Below, piece by piece: positions 10,499-20,624 of a stretch of 58,653 nt of DNA; the first letter of the stretch is position 1, and the number at the start of each line of letters is the position of its first letter. Source of the stretch: a bacterium (GTDB lineage Bacteria; Eisenbacteria; RBG-16-71-46). The notes under the pieces were generated by a model. It saw only the letters and a program-made list of their open reading frames with translations. It ran no database searches and had not been told where the DNA came from. The position numbers and the translations under genes are program-made. Where the stretch lies: assembly GCA_043779265.1 (NCBI GenBank), contig JAYWEM010000159.1, positions 1 through 58,653 on the forward strand, in the 5' to 3' direction.

Positions 10499-11382
10499 GC
10501 CGTCCGGTCGCTGTCGTCAGCGTCGATGTCGACCCGGTCGACCTCCACCTCGTCGGCTACGGCTTCCGCGGCTCGCCGCCCGATCCGCAGGTGATGGACG
10601 TGGCGCTCCCGCGTCTGCTCGACCTGCTCGCCCGACTCGGCTTGCCCACCACGTTGTTCGTGGTCGCGCGTGATGCCGCTTCGCACGCCGCGATGCTCCA
10701 GCGCGCTGTTCGCGACGGGCACGAGATCGCCAGTCACACGTGGTCGCATCCACTTCGGTTCGCCGGCCTGCCTGCAGCCGATCAGGAGCGCGAGCTTCGG
10801 GACTCGAAGGCGGCGCTCGAAGCGGCGTCCGGGCGCGAGGTGATCGGGTTCCGAGCACCGAACTTCGATATGAACGCCGAAGCGCTCGTGCGCCTCGTGA
10901 AGTGCGGCTATCACTACGATGCCTCCGGCTATCCGTCGCCGATGCTCATGCCGGCTCGGATGCTGCTCGCGCTCAAGAGCCGGTCGCCTCGCGAAGTGCT
11001 CTCGATGTCGCCCTGGCCATTCACCTGGCGACGCCTGCCCCATCGGTGGGAGCGGGGCGGCAAGTCCCTCACCGAGTATCCGGTGGCGGTGACGCCCGGG
11101 CTCCGGGTGCCCGTCTATCACACGCTCCGTCACTACACATCCGATGCTTCCTTCGAGCGCAGCATCGAAGGGTTCGCCAAGCGCGGCGAGTTGCTGTCCT
11201 ATGTCCTGCACGGCGTCGATGTCCTCGGGATGAGCGAGGACTCGGTCGACTCGCGACTCGCCCAGCATCCGGGGATGGAGCGCTCCCTCGAGCGCAAGCT
11301 CGCGACCCTCGAGCGCACTCTCGTGGCCCTCGCGACCCGCTTCGAGTTGAGGACCTACGCCTCGCTTCCCCCAGCCGCCTGA
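10495..11382 (+). CDS. Polysaccharide deacetylase family protein (NodB/CE4)
   Basis: SVDVD, HEIASHTWSH, GFRAP, YDAS and YVLH. ATGA overlap; no signal peptide. Confidence 0.85.
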   Translation: MSRPVAVVSVDVDPVDLHLVGYGFRGSPPDPQVMDVALPRLLDLLARLGLPTTLFVVARDAASHAAMLQRAVRDGHEIASHTWSHPLRFAGLPAADQERELRDSKAALEAASGREVIGFRAPNFDMNAEALVRLVKCGYHYDASGYPSPMLMPARMLLALKSRSPREVLSMSPWPFTWRRLPHRWERGGKSLTEYPVAVTPGLRVPVYHTLRHYTSDASFERSIEGFAKRGELLSYVLHGVDVLGMSEDSVDSRLAQHPGMERSLERKLATLERTLVALATRFELRTYASLPPAA

Positions 11383-11458
11383 GTCGGTGCGGGAATACTC
11401 GGGGCTCCGTGGCGTAGACTGCGCCAGATCCCCCTCTCGAGCCCTCACGGAGGAACGC

Positions 11459-12823
11459 ATGTCCCGACGCTCGCCCCGCCTCGTTCGATTCGCCGCCTTC
11501 GCCGGAATCTCCATCCTCGCATGGGCCGCTCCGGTTCTCGCCGCAGGCCCCTCTGTGACCATCTACTCGCGCGATCTCGGGTTCGTGCGCGAGGCGAAGA
11601 AGCTCGTGCTGTCGGCGGCGCGCGACACCGTGCGGATCGAGGAGGTCTCGAACCGGCTCGACTTCCCGTCCGTGCGGCTCGCCCCTGAAGCCGGTCGCGT
11701 GACGCGGCTCGCCTACCGCTGGGACACCTCCAGCGGGGATCAGTTGCTCGATCGTTCGATCGGACTGCGTATCCGTGCGGTCTCGCGCGGTGACCGCGTC
11801 GCCGAGGGCGTGCTGCTGGCGGCGGACGGTGCCTGGGTCGTACTTCGCGCCGATGATGGTGCCGTGCTCAGCGTCTCTCGCGCGACGCTCGAGGAGGTGC
11901 GGCTCGCGAAGCCGCCCTCGGCCATCGCGCTCAAGCCGGCGATCGAGGCGGTGATCGAGGGCGCGCGATCGGGGAGCCTGAAAGCGGAACTGAGCTATCT
12001 GACGGGCGGACTGTCCTGGACCGCCGAGCACACGCTCGTGCGCACCGGTGAGACCACGGGCCGCTGGGCCACGCACGTGCAGATCGAGAACACGACGGGC
12101 CGCGACTATGTCGGGGCCGCGGTGAAGCTCGTGGCAGGCGAACCGTCGAGGACGCAAGCTGGGCACTCGCCGAAGGTCGAGATGATGACGATGGGCCGCG
12201 CCGAGGCGATGACCTCGGGCGAATCCGACATGTCCGAGCAGAGCTTCGGCGACTACCATCTCTATACGTTGGCCGGCCAGGTCACGTTGCGCGATCGCGA
12301 GACCCAGAGTCTCACGATGTATGACGCGCGCGACGTGGCGCTCAAGCCGCGCTACCTGTACCGCAACGGCGACTCGAGAGGCGTGCTCTCCCGACTGGAT
12401 CTCGTGAATGGCGCCAAGGGCGGGCCGGGTGCGGCGCTGCCGGCGGGGCGGGTTCGGAGTTTCGCTCCCGACGGCGATGGCGAGCTTCAGTTCACCGGCG
12501 AGTCGCGCCTCGGTCACAAGGCCGTCGACGAGAAGTTCGAGGTCGAGATCGGCTATGCGTTCGACCTCGCCGCCGAGCGGCGTGACACCGCGAGCCGACG
12601 CATCAGTGACCGCGAACGCGAGTACTCGGTCCGCATCGAGATCCGCAACCGGAAGTCGAGCGCGGCGCGGATCACGATCGAGGAGCCGGCCAACGGTGAG
12701 TGGGAGCTCGTGACCTCGTCGCATCCCGGCCGCCGTGAGGATGGTCAGAAGGTCGTGTTCGAGTTGGACGTCGCCGCCGGGAAGTCCGCGACGCTCACGT
12801 ACACGGCGAGGCAGCGCTGGTGA
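11459..12823 (+). CDS. Exported DUF4139-domain protein
   Basis: Signal peptide, then VTIYSRDLGFVRE, LSYLTGGLSW, LVAGE, DYHLYTL and LPAGRVR. GGAGG RBS. Confidence 0.8.
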   Translation: MSRRSPRLVRFAAFAGISILAWAAPVLAAGPSVTIYSRDLGFVREAKKLVLSAARDTVRIEEVSNRLDFPSVRLAPEAGRVTRLAYRWDTSSGDQLLDRSIGLRIRAVSRGDRVAEGVLLAADGAWVVLRADDGAVLSVSRATLEEVRLAKPPSAIALKPAIEAVIEGARSGSLKAELSYLTGGLSWTAEHTLVRTGETTGRWATHVQIENTTGRDYVGAAVKLVAGEPSRTQAGHSPKVEMMTMGRAEAMTSGESDMSEQSFGDYHLYTLAGQVTLRDRETQSLTMYDARDVALKPRYLYRNGDSRGVLSRLDLVNGAKGGPGAALPAGRVRSFAPDGDGELQFTGESRLGHKAVDEKFEVEIGYAFDLAAERRDTASRRISDREREYSVRIEIRNRKSSAARITIEEPANGEWELVTSSHPGRREDGQKVVFELDVAAGKSATLTYTARQRW

Positions 12824-12842
12824 GCGCTGGACTCGGGAAGGG

Positions 12843-15071
12843 CTAGGCCGCCCGTTTCGCCCGCGGCCACATCGTGATGAAGCGCGGTTGCCGCCGCAGG
12901 ACGTCGAAATCCGCCATGCGCTCGATCTCGGGATCGGCGAACCCCAGCGCGACCGACCGGGAGAGCTCGCGGAAGGCGGCATCCTGGTCGCCGCGCGCAG
13001 CGTGATAGCGCGCGAGGATCGAGCGTCCCCAAGCGGTCTCGACCTCGCGCTCGGCGTTCCGGGCGGCGCGTGCCGCCTCGGACGCGCGGCCCTGCTTCAA
13101 TACCGTGAGGGCCGTGAGAGCCTGCGTGTCCATGCTGTGTGCCAGGCGGTGAGCGACGCGGATCTCGCTCTCCGCCTTCGACCATTGCTCGAGGCGTGCA
13201 TGGGCATGAGCCACCGTGATGTGCGTCTGTGCGTTCCCCGGCGCGATCTCGGCCGCGCGCCGGGCGACGCTGAGTCCCTCACGCTCCTCGCCGAACGTGC
13301 CGAGGGCATCGGCGAGCATCACGAGTGACGCCGTGTTCGTCCCGTCGAGTGCCATGGCCTGGCGAAGGTCCCGCAACGCATCGACGCCGCGGCCGAGGTC
13401 ACGTTGGGCCTGTCCACGGAAGGCGAGCACCATCGCGCGTCCCGAGGTCCCGAGCGCCGGATTCGCCAGTACGCCTGAGAAGATCGTGACCGCGACCTCC
13501 AGCTGCCCGTCGCGCGACATCATCAACGCGCGGAGTGCCTCATCCCATGGGTTGCGCGGGTCGATCTCACTGAGCGCGTCGAGGGCCGAGAGGAGTGCTG
13601 CACGAGCCGGCGAATCGAGCGGCCCGAGCGCCCAGTTCCGGCTCAATCGTGAATATGCCATGAGGACGTGTGCATCGATCGAACGCGGGTGGTGCGTCAG
13701 GAACGTGCCCGCAGCCTCGAACTGCGGGTCGATGTCACCGCGTCGCGCCGTCTCGAGAGCGTTGAGGGCGAAGCGATCTTCGGCCAGGAGCGAGTCCCCG
13801 AGTCCGTGCAGGAACCACTCGTAGCGAAACGTGGCGGGCGCGCCGAGTGCGCGCCCGAGTTCGCTCGCGGCTTGGGCAACAGCGCGCGGCAGCAGGTCAT
13901 CCTCCAGGAGTCGCGCGTCGGCCCACAGAATGCGCCGACTCCTGCTTTCGAACAGCGTCAGCTGCGAGTGCACGTGATCGTCACGTCGCTGGAGGTTCAC
14001 GAGCAGCACCCGTCCCGCTCGGCGTGCCCTGGCGGACTCGGCGATCGTCACAAGATCCTTGCCATGAACCTGACGGCCGAGCGGCGTCCGCACCAAACGG
14101 ATCGTACTGCGTTCGGAGAGATGAGCACTCACGGCACTGGCGAATGCCTCGGAGAGGGCGCTGGGGTCCTGCTGGGCGCAGACGACTGCAACGGTCATCG
14201 GGTCGAGCGCTGGGCGGACGGGCCACCAGTCGAATCGCCAGGCCACGGCGAACATGGCCACGGCGAAGGCGGCGGCGGCGGCGGTGCCACGGAGCATCGG
14301 CCTGCGGCGGTCTGCGGCCTCGAGCGCCCCGAGCAGGCCGAGCAGCGCGTGCGCGGATTCGGGTCGATCCTCGATCCGCGCAGCCAGACACCTCGTCACG
14401 ATCGGGCCGAGCGAGGGCGGGAGACGGGAGGCGATCGCCTCGAGTTGCTCGGGAGCGAGCGGGATCCCGGGGCGGCGGGCGACACGCGAGCCGGTCGCAC
14501 TCTCGGCGAGAACGAGCGCGAGCGAGTAGAGATCGGAGCGACCATCCGTGGCGTCGCCTCGAGCCTGCTCGGGGCTCTGATAGAGGCTGCTGCTCGCTCC
14601 CACCACGAACGGCGACCCTTGGAGTCGTGCGACGCCGAAGTCCGTCAGCTTCACGGTCCCATCCTGCGCGATCAGGATGTTGTCGGGTTTCAGATCGCGG
14701 TGGAGGACGCCGCGCGCATGCGCATGCGCGAGGGCCGAGAGCAGCGCATGCGCCAGGCCGGTCACGGCTTCGGTGGGTAGGGGGCCCCCGGCGAGGACGC
14801 GCTCGAGCGTTTCGCCATCGACGTACTCGAGCACGAGGAACGTCTCGCCCTCGGTGCACTCGACGGCGTGGACGCCGGCGATGTTGGGGTGCGAGAGCTG
14901 GGCGAGGATCCGCGCTTCGCGCTCGACGGATGCCGCGTCGCGGTCGATCGACACGAGCACCTTGAGGACGACGTCGCGGTGGAGGCGCTCGTCGTGAGCG
15001 AGGAACGTCTCGCTGCTCATGCCGCGGCCCAGCGCCTGCCGGATCCGGTAATGCAGCATTTTGTTCGGCAC
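12843..15071 (-). CDS. Hanks-type Ser/Thr protein kinase with one TM segment and C-terminal TPR repeats
   Basis: VVLK, HPNI, HRDLKPDN, DFG, SPEQ and SDLYSL; hydrophobic stretch AAAAAFAVAMFAVAW; TPR-like helices. GTG start at 15071 follows GGGGGA (alternative ATG at 15059). Confidence 0.88.
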   Translation of the reverse strand: MPNKMLHYRIRQALGRGMSSETFLAHDERLHRDVVLKVLVSIDRDAASVEREARILAQLSHPNIAGVHAVECTEGETFLVLEYVDGETLERVLAGGPLPTEAVTGLAHALLSALAHAHARGVLHRDLKPDNILIAQDGTVKLTDFGVARLQGSPFVVGASSSLYQSPEQARGDATDGRSDLYSLALVLAESATGSRVARRPGIPLAPEQLEAIASRLPPSLGPIVTRCLAARIEDRPESAHALLGLLGALEAADRRRPMLRGTAAAAAFAVAMFAVAWRFDWWPVRPALDPMTVAVVCAQQDPSALSEAFASAVSAHLSERSTIRLVRTPLGRQVHGKDLVTIAESARARRAGRVLLVNLQRRDDHVHSQLTLFESRSRRILWADARLLEDDLLPRAVAQAASELGRALGAPATFRYEWFLHGLGDSLLAEDRFALNALETARRGDIDPQFEAAGTFLTHHPRSIDAHVLMAYSRLSRNWALGPLDSPARAALLSALDALSEIDPRNPWDEALRALMMSRDGQLEVAVTIFSGVLANPALGTSGRAMVLAFRGQAQRDLGRGVDALRDLRQAMALDGTNTASLVMLADALGTFGEEREGLSVARRAAEIAPGNAQTHITVAHAHARLEQWSKAESEIRVAHRLAHSMDTQALTALTVLKQGRASEAARAARNAEREVETAWGRSILARYHAARGDQDAAFRELSRSVALGFADPEIERMADFDVLRRQPRFITMWPRAKRAA

Positions 15072-15208
15072 GGCGTATCCCCCAGTCGAACTCCACGAGG
15101 CATTCGTGGGGGGGAGTCCACATGTTGGAGCATGCGCCGGGTGCGGTTCAAGCTGAACTTGCCGCGATGCTCGCCCCACCGGGCATGCTCGGGTAGCATC
15201 CACTCCCC

Positions 15209-17317
15209 ATGGCCTTCCGTCTGCATTCACCGTTCCCGCCCGATGGCGACCAGCCACAGGCCATCGCCGAACTCACGGCGGGTCTGCGGGCCGGCGAGCG
15301 CCACCAGACGCTGCTCGGGGTCACGGGCTCCGGCAAGACGTTCAGTGTCGCCAATGTGATCGCGGAATACGGTCGCCCGACGCTCGTCATCTCGCACAAC
15401 AAGACGCTGGCGGCGCAGCTCTACGGGGAGTTCCTGCAGTTCTTCCCAGAGAACGGCGTCGGTTTCTTCATCAGTTACTACGATTACTATCAGCCTGAGG
15501 CGTACGTCCCCGCGACGAACACGTACATCGCCAAGGACGCGAACATCAACGACGACATCGACCGGCTCCGCCTGCAGGCGACCTCGATGCTGCTCGAGCG
15601 TGAGGATGTGATCATCGTCGCCAGCGTCTCGTGCATCTACGGCCTCGGTACGCCCGAGGACTGGAAGGGCATGAAGATCGATCTGCGCTCGGGAAGTCCG
15701 CTGCGGCGCAAGGAGCTCCTCGAGCGACTGGTGGCGATCCAATACGTGCGCAACGACCTCGATCTCGCCCGCGGCCAATTCCGTGTGCGCGGCGACGTCG
15801 TCGAGGTGCGGCCGGCTTACGAGGACTTCCATGTCCGAATCGAGCTCGAGGACGAAGTCGTCACCCGGCTGAGCACGGTCGATCGGGTCACTGGCCGCAT
15901 GGGCCGGGTGATGGACAGGCTCGCGCTGTATCCCGCCAAGCACTTCGTGACGCCGGCCTCACGGATGCGCGAGTCGTTGGGCGGCATCCGCAGCGAATTG
16001 CGGGAGCAACTGTCGCTTTTCCGCAACGACGGCAAGCTGCTCGAAGCCCAGCGCCTCGGGCAGCGGACCGAGTTCGATCTCGAGTTGATGGCGGCGCACG
16101 GGACGTGTCCCGGCATCGAGAACTACTCGCGGCACATCTCCGGGCGCGCTCCGGGTGAGCGGCCCGGTTGCCTGCTCGACTACTTCCCGCGCAAACCCGA
16201 TGGGAGCGCGGACTTCCTGCTGGTCGTCGACGAGTCCCACGTCACCGTGCCGCAGGTCGGCGCGATGTACGAAGGGGACCGCTCACGCAAGCAGACGCTC
16301 ATCGACTTCGGATTCCGACTCCCGAGCGCGCTCGACAACAGGCCGCTCAAGGCCGGCGAGTTCGAGCAGATCACCGGCCCCACCATCTACATCTCGGCGA
16401 CACCGGGGGAGTACGAGCTGCGCAAGTCCCAGGGCGTGTTCGTCGAACAGGTGATCCGCCCCACCGGCCTCATCGATCCCGAGGTGGCGATCAAACCGAT
16501 CGAGGGCCAGGTCGATGACCTGCTCGCAGAGGTGCGCCTGCGGGTCGCCGCCGAGGAACGTGTGCTGGTGACGACGCTCACGAAGCGCATGGCCGAGGAT
16601 CTCACCGACTACCTCACCGAGATGGGCGTCCGCGTCCGCTACCTGCACAGTGACATCGATGCGCTCGAGCGCGTCGAGATCCTGCGCGGACTTCGTCTCG
16701 CCGAGTTCGACGTGCTCGTCGGCATCAACCTGCTGCGCGAGGGCCTCGATCTGCCCGAGGTCTCGCTCGTCGCCATCCTCGATGCGGACAAAGAAGGCTT
16801 CCTGCGGAGCGAGCGGAGTCTGATCCAGACGGCCGGGCGTGCCGCGCGCAATGCGAATGGACGGGTGATCTTCTACGCGGACAGGATCACGGACTCGATG
16901 CGCCGCGCTCTGAGTGAGATGGAGCGTCGTCGCGAGAAGCAGTCGGCCTACAACCTCGAGCACGGCATCGTGCCGCGCACGGTGACGAAGAGTGCGAGCG
17001 AGATCCTGCGTTCGACATCCGTGGCTGATGCGATCGGTCGCGCCGAGCGGGACTCGGCCATCCCGGAGAGTCTGCTGGCGGATGGGCCCGAGTCGCTCGC
17101 GGCCCGGCTCGAGGCCGAGATGCTCGAGGCCGCGAGATCGCTCGAGTTCGAGCGCGCAGCCAGTCTCCGCGACCGACTCGATGAAGTCCGCTTCGCCCTC
17201 GCCTCGGGCGCCGCTCCCGCGGATGCCGTGGCCGCAGGCCTCGAGTCCGCAGGACGACGCGGGCGCACGTCACGCGAGCCACGCAACATCAAGCGCCGAT
17301 TCGGCAAGGACCGCTGA
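15209..17317 (+). CDS. uvrB: Excinuclease ABC subunit B
   Basis: [62 protein letters not shown] and C-terminal UVR domain. Confidence 0.98.
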   Translation: MAFRLHSPFPPDGDQPQAIAELTAGLRAGERHQTLLGVTGSGKTFSVANVIAEYGRPTLVISHNKTLAAQLYGEFLQFFPENGVGFFISYYDYYQPEAYVPATNTYIAKDANINDDIDRLRLQATSMLLEREDVIIVASVSCIYGLGTPEDWKGMKIDLRSGSPLRRKELLERLVAIQYVRNDLDLARGQFRVRGDVVEVRPAYEDFHVRIELEDEVVTRLSTVDRVTGRMGRVMDRLALYPAKHFVTPASRMRESLGGIRSELREQLSLFRNDGKLLEAQRLGQRTEFDLELMAAHGTCPGIENYSRHISGRAPGERPGCLLDYFPRKPDGSADFLLVVDESHVTVPQVGAMYEGDRSRKQTLIDFGFRLPSALDNRPLKAGEFEQITGPTIYISATPGEYELRKSQGVFVEQVIRPTGLIDPEVAIKPIEGQVDDLLAEVRLRVAAEERVLVTTLTKRMAEDLTDYLTEMGVRVRYLHSDIDALERVEILRGLRLAEFDVLVGINLLREGLDLPEVSLVAILDADKEGFLRSERSLIQTAGRAARNANGRVIFYADRITDSMRRALSEMERRREKQSAYNLEHGIVPRTVTKSASEILRSTSVADAIGRAERDSAIPESLLADGPESLAARLEAEMLEAARSLEFERAASLRDRLDEVRFALASGAAPADAVAAGLESAGRRGRTSREPRNIKRRFGKDR

Positions 17318-17319
17318 TC

Positions 17320-18207
17320 ATGCTCGAGAGTTTCCTGCCTCTGGTGAAGTTCGCACTGTCCGAGGACGTCGGTACCGGCGACGTCACGACACTCAACACG
17401 GTGCCCGCCGGAGTGGGTGCGCGCGCCGTGATCATGGCCAAGGCGCCGGGCGTGATCTCGGGCGGTGAGATCGCCGAGATGACGTTCCGTGCGGTCGACC
17501 CGCAGCTGAAGCTGAAGCGATTGGTGCCGGATGGGCAGACGGTCGAGGCGGGCACGTCATTGCTCCAGGTCAGCGGCCCCGCGGCGGGGATCATGACCGC
17601 CGAACGGACCGCACTGAACTTCATGATGCGCATGTCCGGAGTCGCCACGCTGACCCGGCGCTATGTCGACGCCATCGCCGGAACCGATGCGGCCATCCTC
17701 GACACGCGCAAGACGACGCCGGGCCTGCGCTTCCTCGAGAAGTACGCGGTGCAGTGCGGCGGCGGGCAGAACCATCGGCTGGCGCTGTGGGACATGTACT
17801 TGGTGAAGGACAATCACATCCGCGCCGCGCGCGGCCTGACCGCCTGCATCGACAACATCCAACGCACGCGCCGGGATCTCCTGCTCGAGGTCGAGGTGGA
17901 GTCCATGGATCAGCTGGCCGAGGCGCTGCGCCCCGAGGTCGACCGCATCCTGATCGACAATCAGTCGGTCGATGCGGTCCGACGCGCGGTCGAGGAGGTC
18001 GATCGCTGGTTCCGTGCCCATCCGCCGGATCATCCGCGTGCGCGCGCTGGGGCGAGGCGCTGGCCGGAGGTCGAGGTCTCTGGCGGCATCAACCTCACAA
18101 CCGCGCGCACCTATGCCGAGACGGGTGTCGACTACCTGTCGGTGGGAGCGCTGACGCACTCGGCTCCCGCGCTCGATCTGAGCCTCGAGATCGAGGAGGT
18201 CGGTTGA
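17320..18207 (+). CDS. nadC: Quinolinate phosphoribosyltransferase
   Basis: EDVGTGDVT, AERTALN, DTRKTTPGLR, KDNH, EVEV, SGG and SVGALTHS. Confidence 0.96.
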   Translation: MLESFLPLVKFALSEDVGTGDVTTLNTVPAGVGARAVIMAKAPGVISGGEIAEMTFRAVDPQLKLKRLVPDGQTVEAGTSLLQVSGPAAGIMTAERTALNFMMRMSGVATLTRRYVDAIAGTDAAILDTRKTTPGLRFLEKYAVQCGGGQNHRLALWDMYLVKDNHIRAARGLTACIDNIQRTRRDLLLEVEVESMDQLAEALRPEVDRILIDNQSVDAVRRAVEEVDRWFRAHPPDHPRARAGARRWPEVEVSGGINLTTARTYAETGVDYLSVGALTHSAPALDLSLEIEEVG

Positions 18208-19013
18208 GCGTCGGATTCGACCGTGCCCGTTTCGCCGCGGCGCTGACGACGCGTCAGCTCGGTCGGACGCTGCTCGTGCGCGAGTCGGCGGTCTCGACCA
18301 ATGACGAGGCGTGGGATGCGTGGGGAGCCGGGCTGGGCGACGGGGTCACCGTGATCGCGGATGTCCAGAGTGGCGGCCGTGGCCGCGCGGGCCGCAGTTG
18401 GACGCACGCGCCGGGTCTGGGGTTGGCCATGAGCGTCGCGCTCCATCTCGGCTGTGATGTGCGCCAGGCGGGCATCCTGCCGCTCGCCGTGGGACTCGCC
18501 ATCGCGAGAGCCTGTGAGCGCCTCGGAGTGTCGGCGCGGCTCAAGTGGCCGAACGATGTACTCGTCTCCGGGCGCAAGATCGCGGGCGTGCTGTGCGAGA
18601 TGCGCCGCGACCCGCGAGGCGGGGAGGTCGTGGTGATCGGGATCGGCTTCGATGTGCGCCACCGCCGTGAGGACTTCCCGCCGGAACTGCGCGAGATCGC
18701 CACGTCCCTCGCGATCGAGGGAACGGATGTCACGCTCGAGGTCGCGGCCGCGACGATCCTCGCGGCGCTCGAACCGTTGTGGGCCGAGGTCCAGGAGGGC
18801 GACCGGGCTGCGGTGCTGGCTGCTTGGAGTGAGGCCGCGGCGTTCTGGGGCGAACCCGTCACGGTGAGAACTCCGGCCGGGGAGACGACCGGCGTGGCGC
18901 AGCGACTCGATGCGGACGGCGCGCTGGTGCTGCGCATGGACAGCGGGGTGGAGACCACCATCGTCGCCGGCGACCTCGAGACCGGTTCACGGCACGAAGC
19001 GAGCGGATCATGA
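18204..19013 (+). CDS. birA: Biotin--[acetyl-CoA-carboxylase] ligase (no N-terminal HTH)
   Basis: STND, QSGGRGRAGRSW, LKWPNDV and KIAGVLCE. TTG start overlaps the nadC stop. Confidence 0.92.
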   Translation: MSVGFDRARFAAALTTRQLGRTLLVRESAVSTNDEAWDAWGAGLGDGVTVIADVQSGGRGRAGRSWTHAPGLGLAMSVALHLGCDVRQAGILPLAVGLAIARACERLGVSARLKWPNDVLVSGRKIAGVLCEMRRDPRGGEVVVIGIGFDVRHRREDFPPELREIATSLAIEGTDVTLEVAAATILAALEPLWAEVQEGDRAAVLAAWSEAAAFWGEPVTVRTPAGETTGVAQRLDADGALVLRMDSGVETTIVAGDLETGSRHEASGS

Positions 19014-19849
19014 CGAGCCCGCATCTGCCTCCTGATGATCCGAGACGTCATCGCGAGTTCCGACGCGATGACGTCCATGTGGATCCCCGTCAGCGAGACG
19101 AGATGCCGTTCATGGATCATCTGGTGGAGTTGCGCAGCGTCCTGCTGCACTGCGTGATCGCCGTCCTCATCGGCGGGATCGCGGGGTGGTGGCTGGCGCC
19201 GATCGTGCTCTCCGACCTCATCGCGCGTACGGTCCAGCAAGCTTCCGTGCTCTCGCCGCTCGAGGCCTTCAACGAGCGTTTCAAGATGGCGCTCGTCATC
19301 GGGCTGTTCATGTCGCTGCCCATCCTCCTGTGGCGGGCGTGGACGTTCGTGGTCCCCGGGCTGCTGAAGGGCGAGCGTCGGCTGGTTCCCCTGCTGGTCG
19401 TCCTGTCGTTCGCCTTGTTCGGCACCGGTGCCGCGGCGGCCTACCTCTACATCATCCCGCTCGCGCTCCACGTGCTCGACCAATTCATGCTCCCCGGCAT
19501 GGTCGAGCAGATCCGACTGAGTTCGTTGCTCGATTTCGTGTACAACCTGTGTATCGCGAGCGGCACGCTCATGCAGTTGCCACTCGTCACGATGCTGCTC
19601 ACGTTCCTCGGCATCGTGACGCCGCTTTTCCTGCTGCAGCAGTGGCGAGTGGCGGTGGTGATCATCTTCATCGTCACTGCGGTGATCACGCCGGGTGACA
19701 TCGTGACGGCACAACTCATCATGGGCGGGCCGATGGTGGCGCTCTACTTCATCAGTGTCGGCCTGTCATTCCTTGTGGCTCGTCGACGTGCACGTTCGGA
19801 GGCCGAGATCCTCGGCCCTTCCGAGGAGGATTTGGGTGGCGACTCGTAA
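19010..19849 (+). CDS. tatC: Twin-arginine translocase subunit TatC
   Basis: MPFMDHLVELR, SPLEAF, FVVPGL, QLP and AVITPGD; about six TM segments. Confidence 0.93.
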   Translation: MTSPHLPPDDPRRHREFRRDDVHVDPRQRDEMPFMDHLVELRSVLLHCVIAVLIGGIAGWWLAPIVLSDLIARTVQQASVLSPLEAFNERFKMALVIGLFMSLPILLWRAWTFVVPGLLKGERRLVPLLVVLSFALFGTGAAAAYLYIIPLALHVLDQFMLPGMVEQIRLSSLLDFVYNLCIASGTLMQLPLVTMLLTFLGIVTPLFLLQQWRVAVVIIFIVTAVITPGDIVTAQLIMGGPMVALYFISVGLSFLVARRRARSEAEILGPSEEDLGGDS

Positions 19850-20624
19850 GGCAGCAGGAGCGCTCGCGTCGCGTGCCCTCATCGCAGTGGATGTCGGCAA
19901 CAGCGAGACGGTGATCGGCCGCTTCCGTGGCACGACGCTGCAGGACTACTGGCGGGTCACCAGCGGCCGCGTCACCGCCGATGAACTGACGCTGACGCTC
20001 ACCCAACTGCTCGGCAGCACGCGCGTTCGCGGCGCCGGTGGCGTCGTGTGCTCGGTCGTGCCCGGACTCACCGCCGCCTGGGGCGAGGCGCTCCGTCGGG
20101 TGACGGGCTCCGCGCCGATCGAGGTCGGCTCGAACACGAGCGTGCTTCCGCTTCAGGTTCCCGATCCGGCCTCGGTCGGTGCGGACCGCATCGCCAACGC
20201 CGTCGGCGCGATCGCGCGCCATGGCACGCCCGCGATCGTCGTGGATCTCGGAACCGCCACCACCTTCGATTGCGTCAGCAAGGCCGGAGCGTATGTCGGC
20301 GGCGCGATCGCCCCGGGCGTCATCACGTCCTCCGAGGAACTGTTCCGCCGTGCGGCCCGGCTCGCGCGCGTCGAGTTCCGCCGTCCGGAGCGCGCGCTCG
20401 GTCGTACGACCGAGGAGTGCCTGCGCGTCGGCGTCCTGTGGGGCTATGCCGGTCTCGTGGATGGTCTGGTTCGCCGGCTCACGCGTGAGCTCGGCGGCAA
20501 GCCGCACGTGATCGCGACCGGCGGGCTGGCACACGTGCTGGCCCCGGAGTGCGAGACCATCACCGCCGTGGATGCCGAGCTGACGCTGCACGGCATGCGT
20601 TTGCTCTGGGAGGAGTGCCGATGA
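19836..20624 (+). CDS. coaX: Type III pantothenate kinase
   Basis: DVGNS, SVVP, GADR, VDLGTATTFD, GGAIAPG and ATGG. GAGGAGG RBS before the GTG. Confidence 0.93.
   Translation: MATRKAAGALASRALIAVDVGNSETVIGRFRGTTLQDYWRVTSGRVTADELTLTLTQLLGSTRVRGAGGVVCSVVPGLTAAWGEALRRVTGSAPIEVGSNTSVLPLQVPDPASVGADRIANAVGAIARHGTPAIVVDLGTATTFDCVSKAGAYVGGAIAPGVITSSEELFRRAARLARVEFRRPERALGRTTEECLRVGVLWGYAGLVDGLVRRLTRELGGKPHVIATGGLAHVLAPECETITAVDAELTLHGMRLLWEECR

Noticed and set aside
11459..11545. SRR in the DUF4139 signal peptide as a Tat motif
   Set aside because: SRRSPR lacks the hydrophobic F-L positions of S/T-R-R-x-F-L-K, so a Sec signal is equally plausible.
15117..15158. Short dyads TCCA-N5-TGGA and GTTCA-N3-TGAAC upstream of uvrB as SOS boxes
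   Set aside because: They match no LexA box I know and are not repeated upstream of uvrA.
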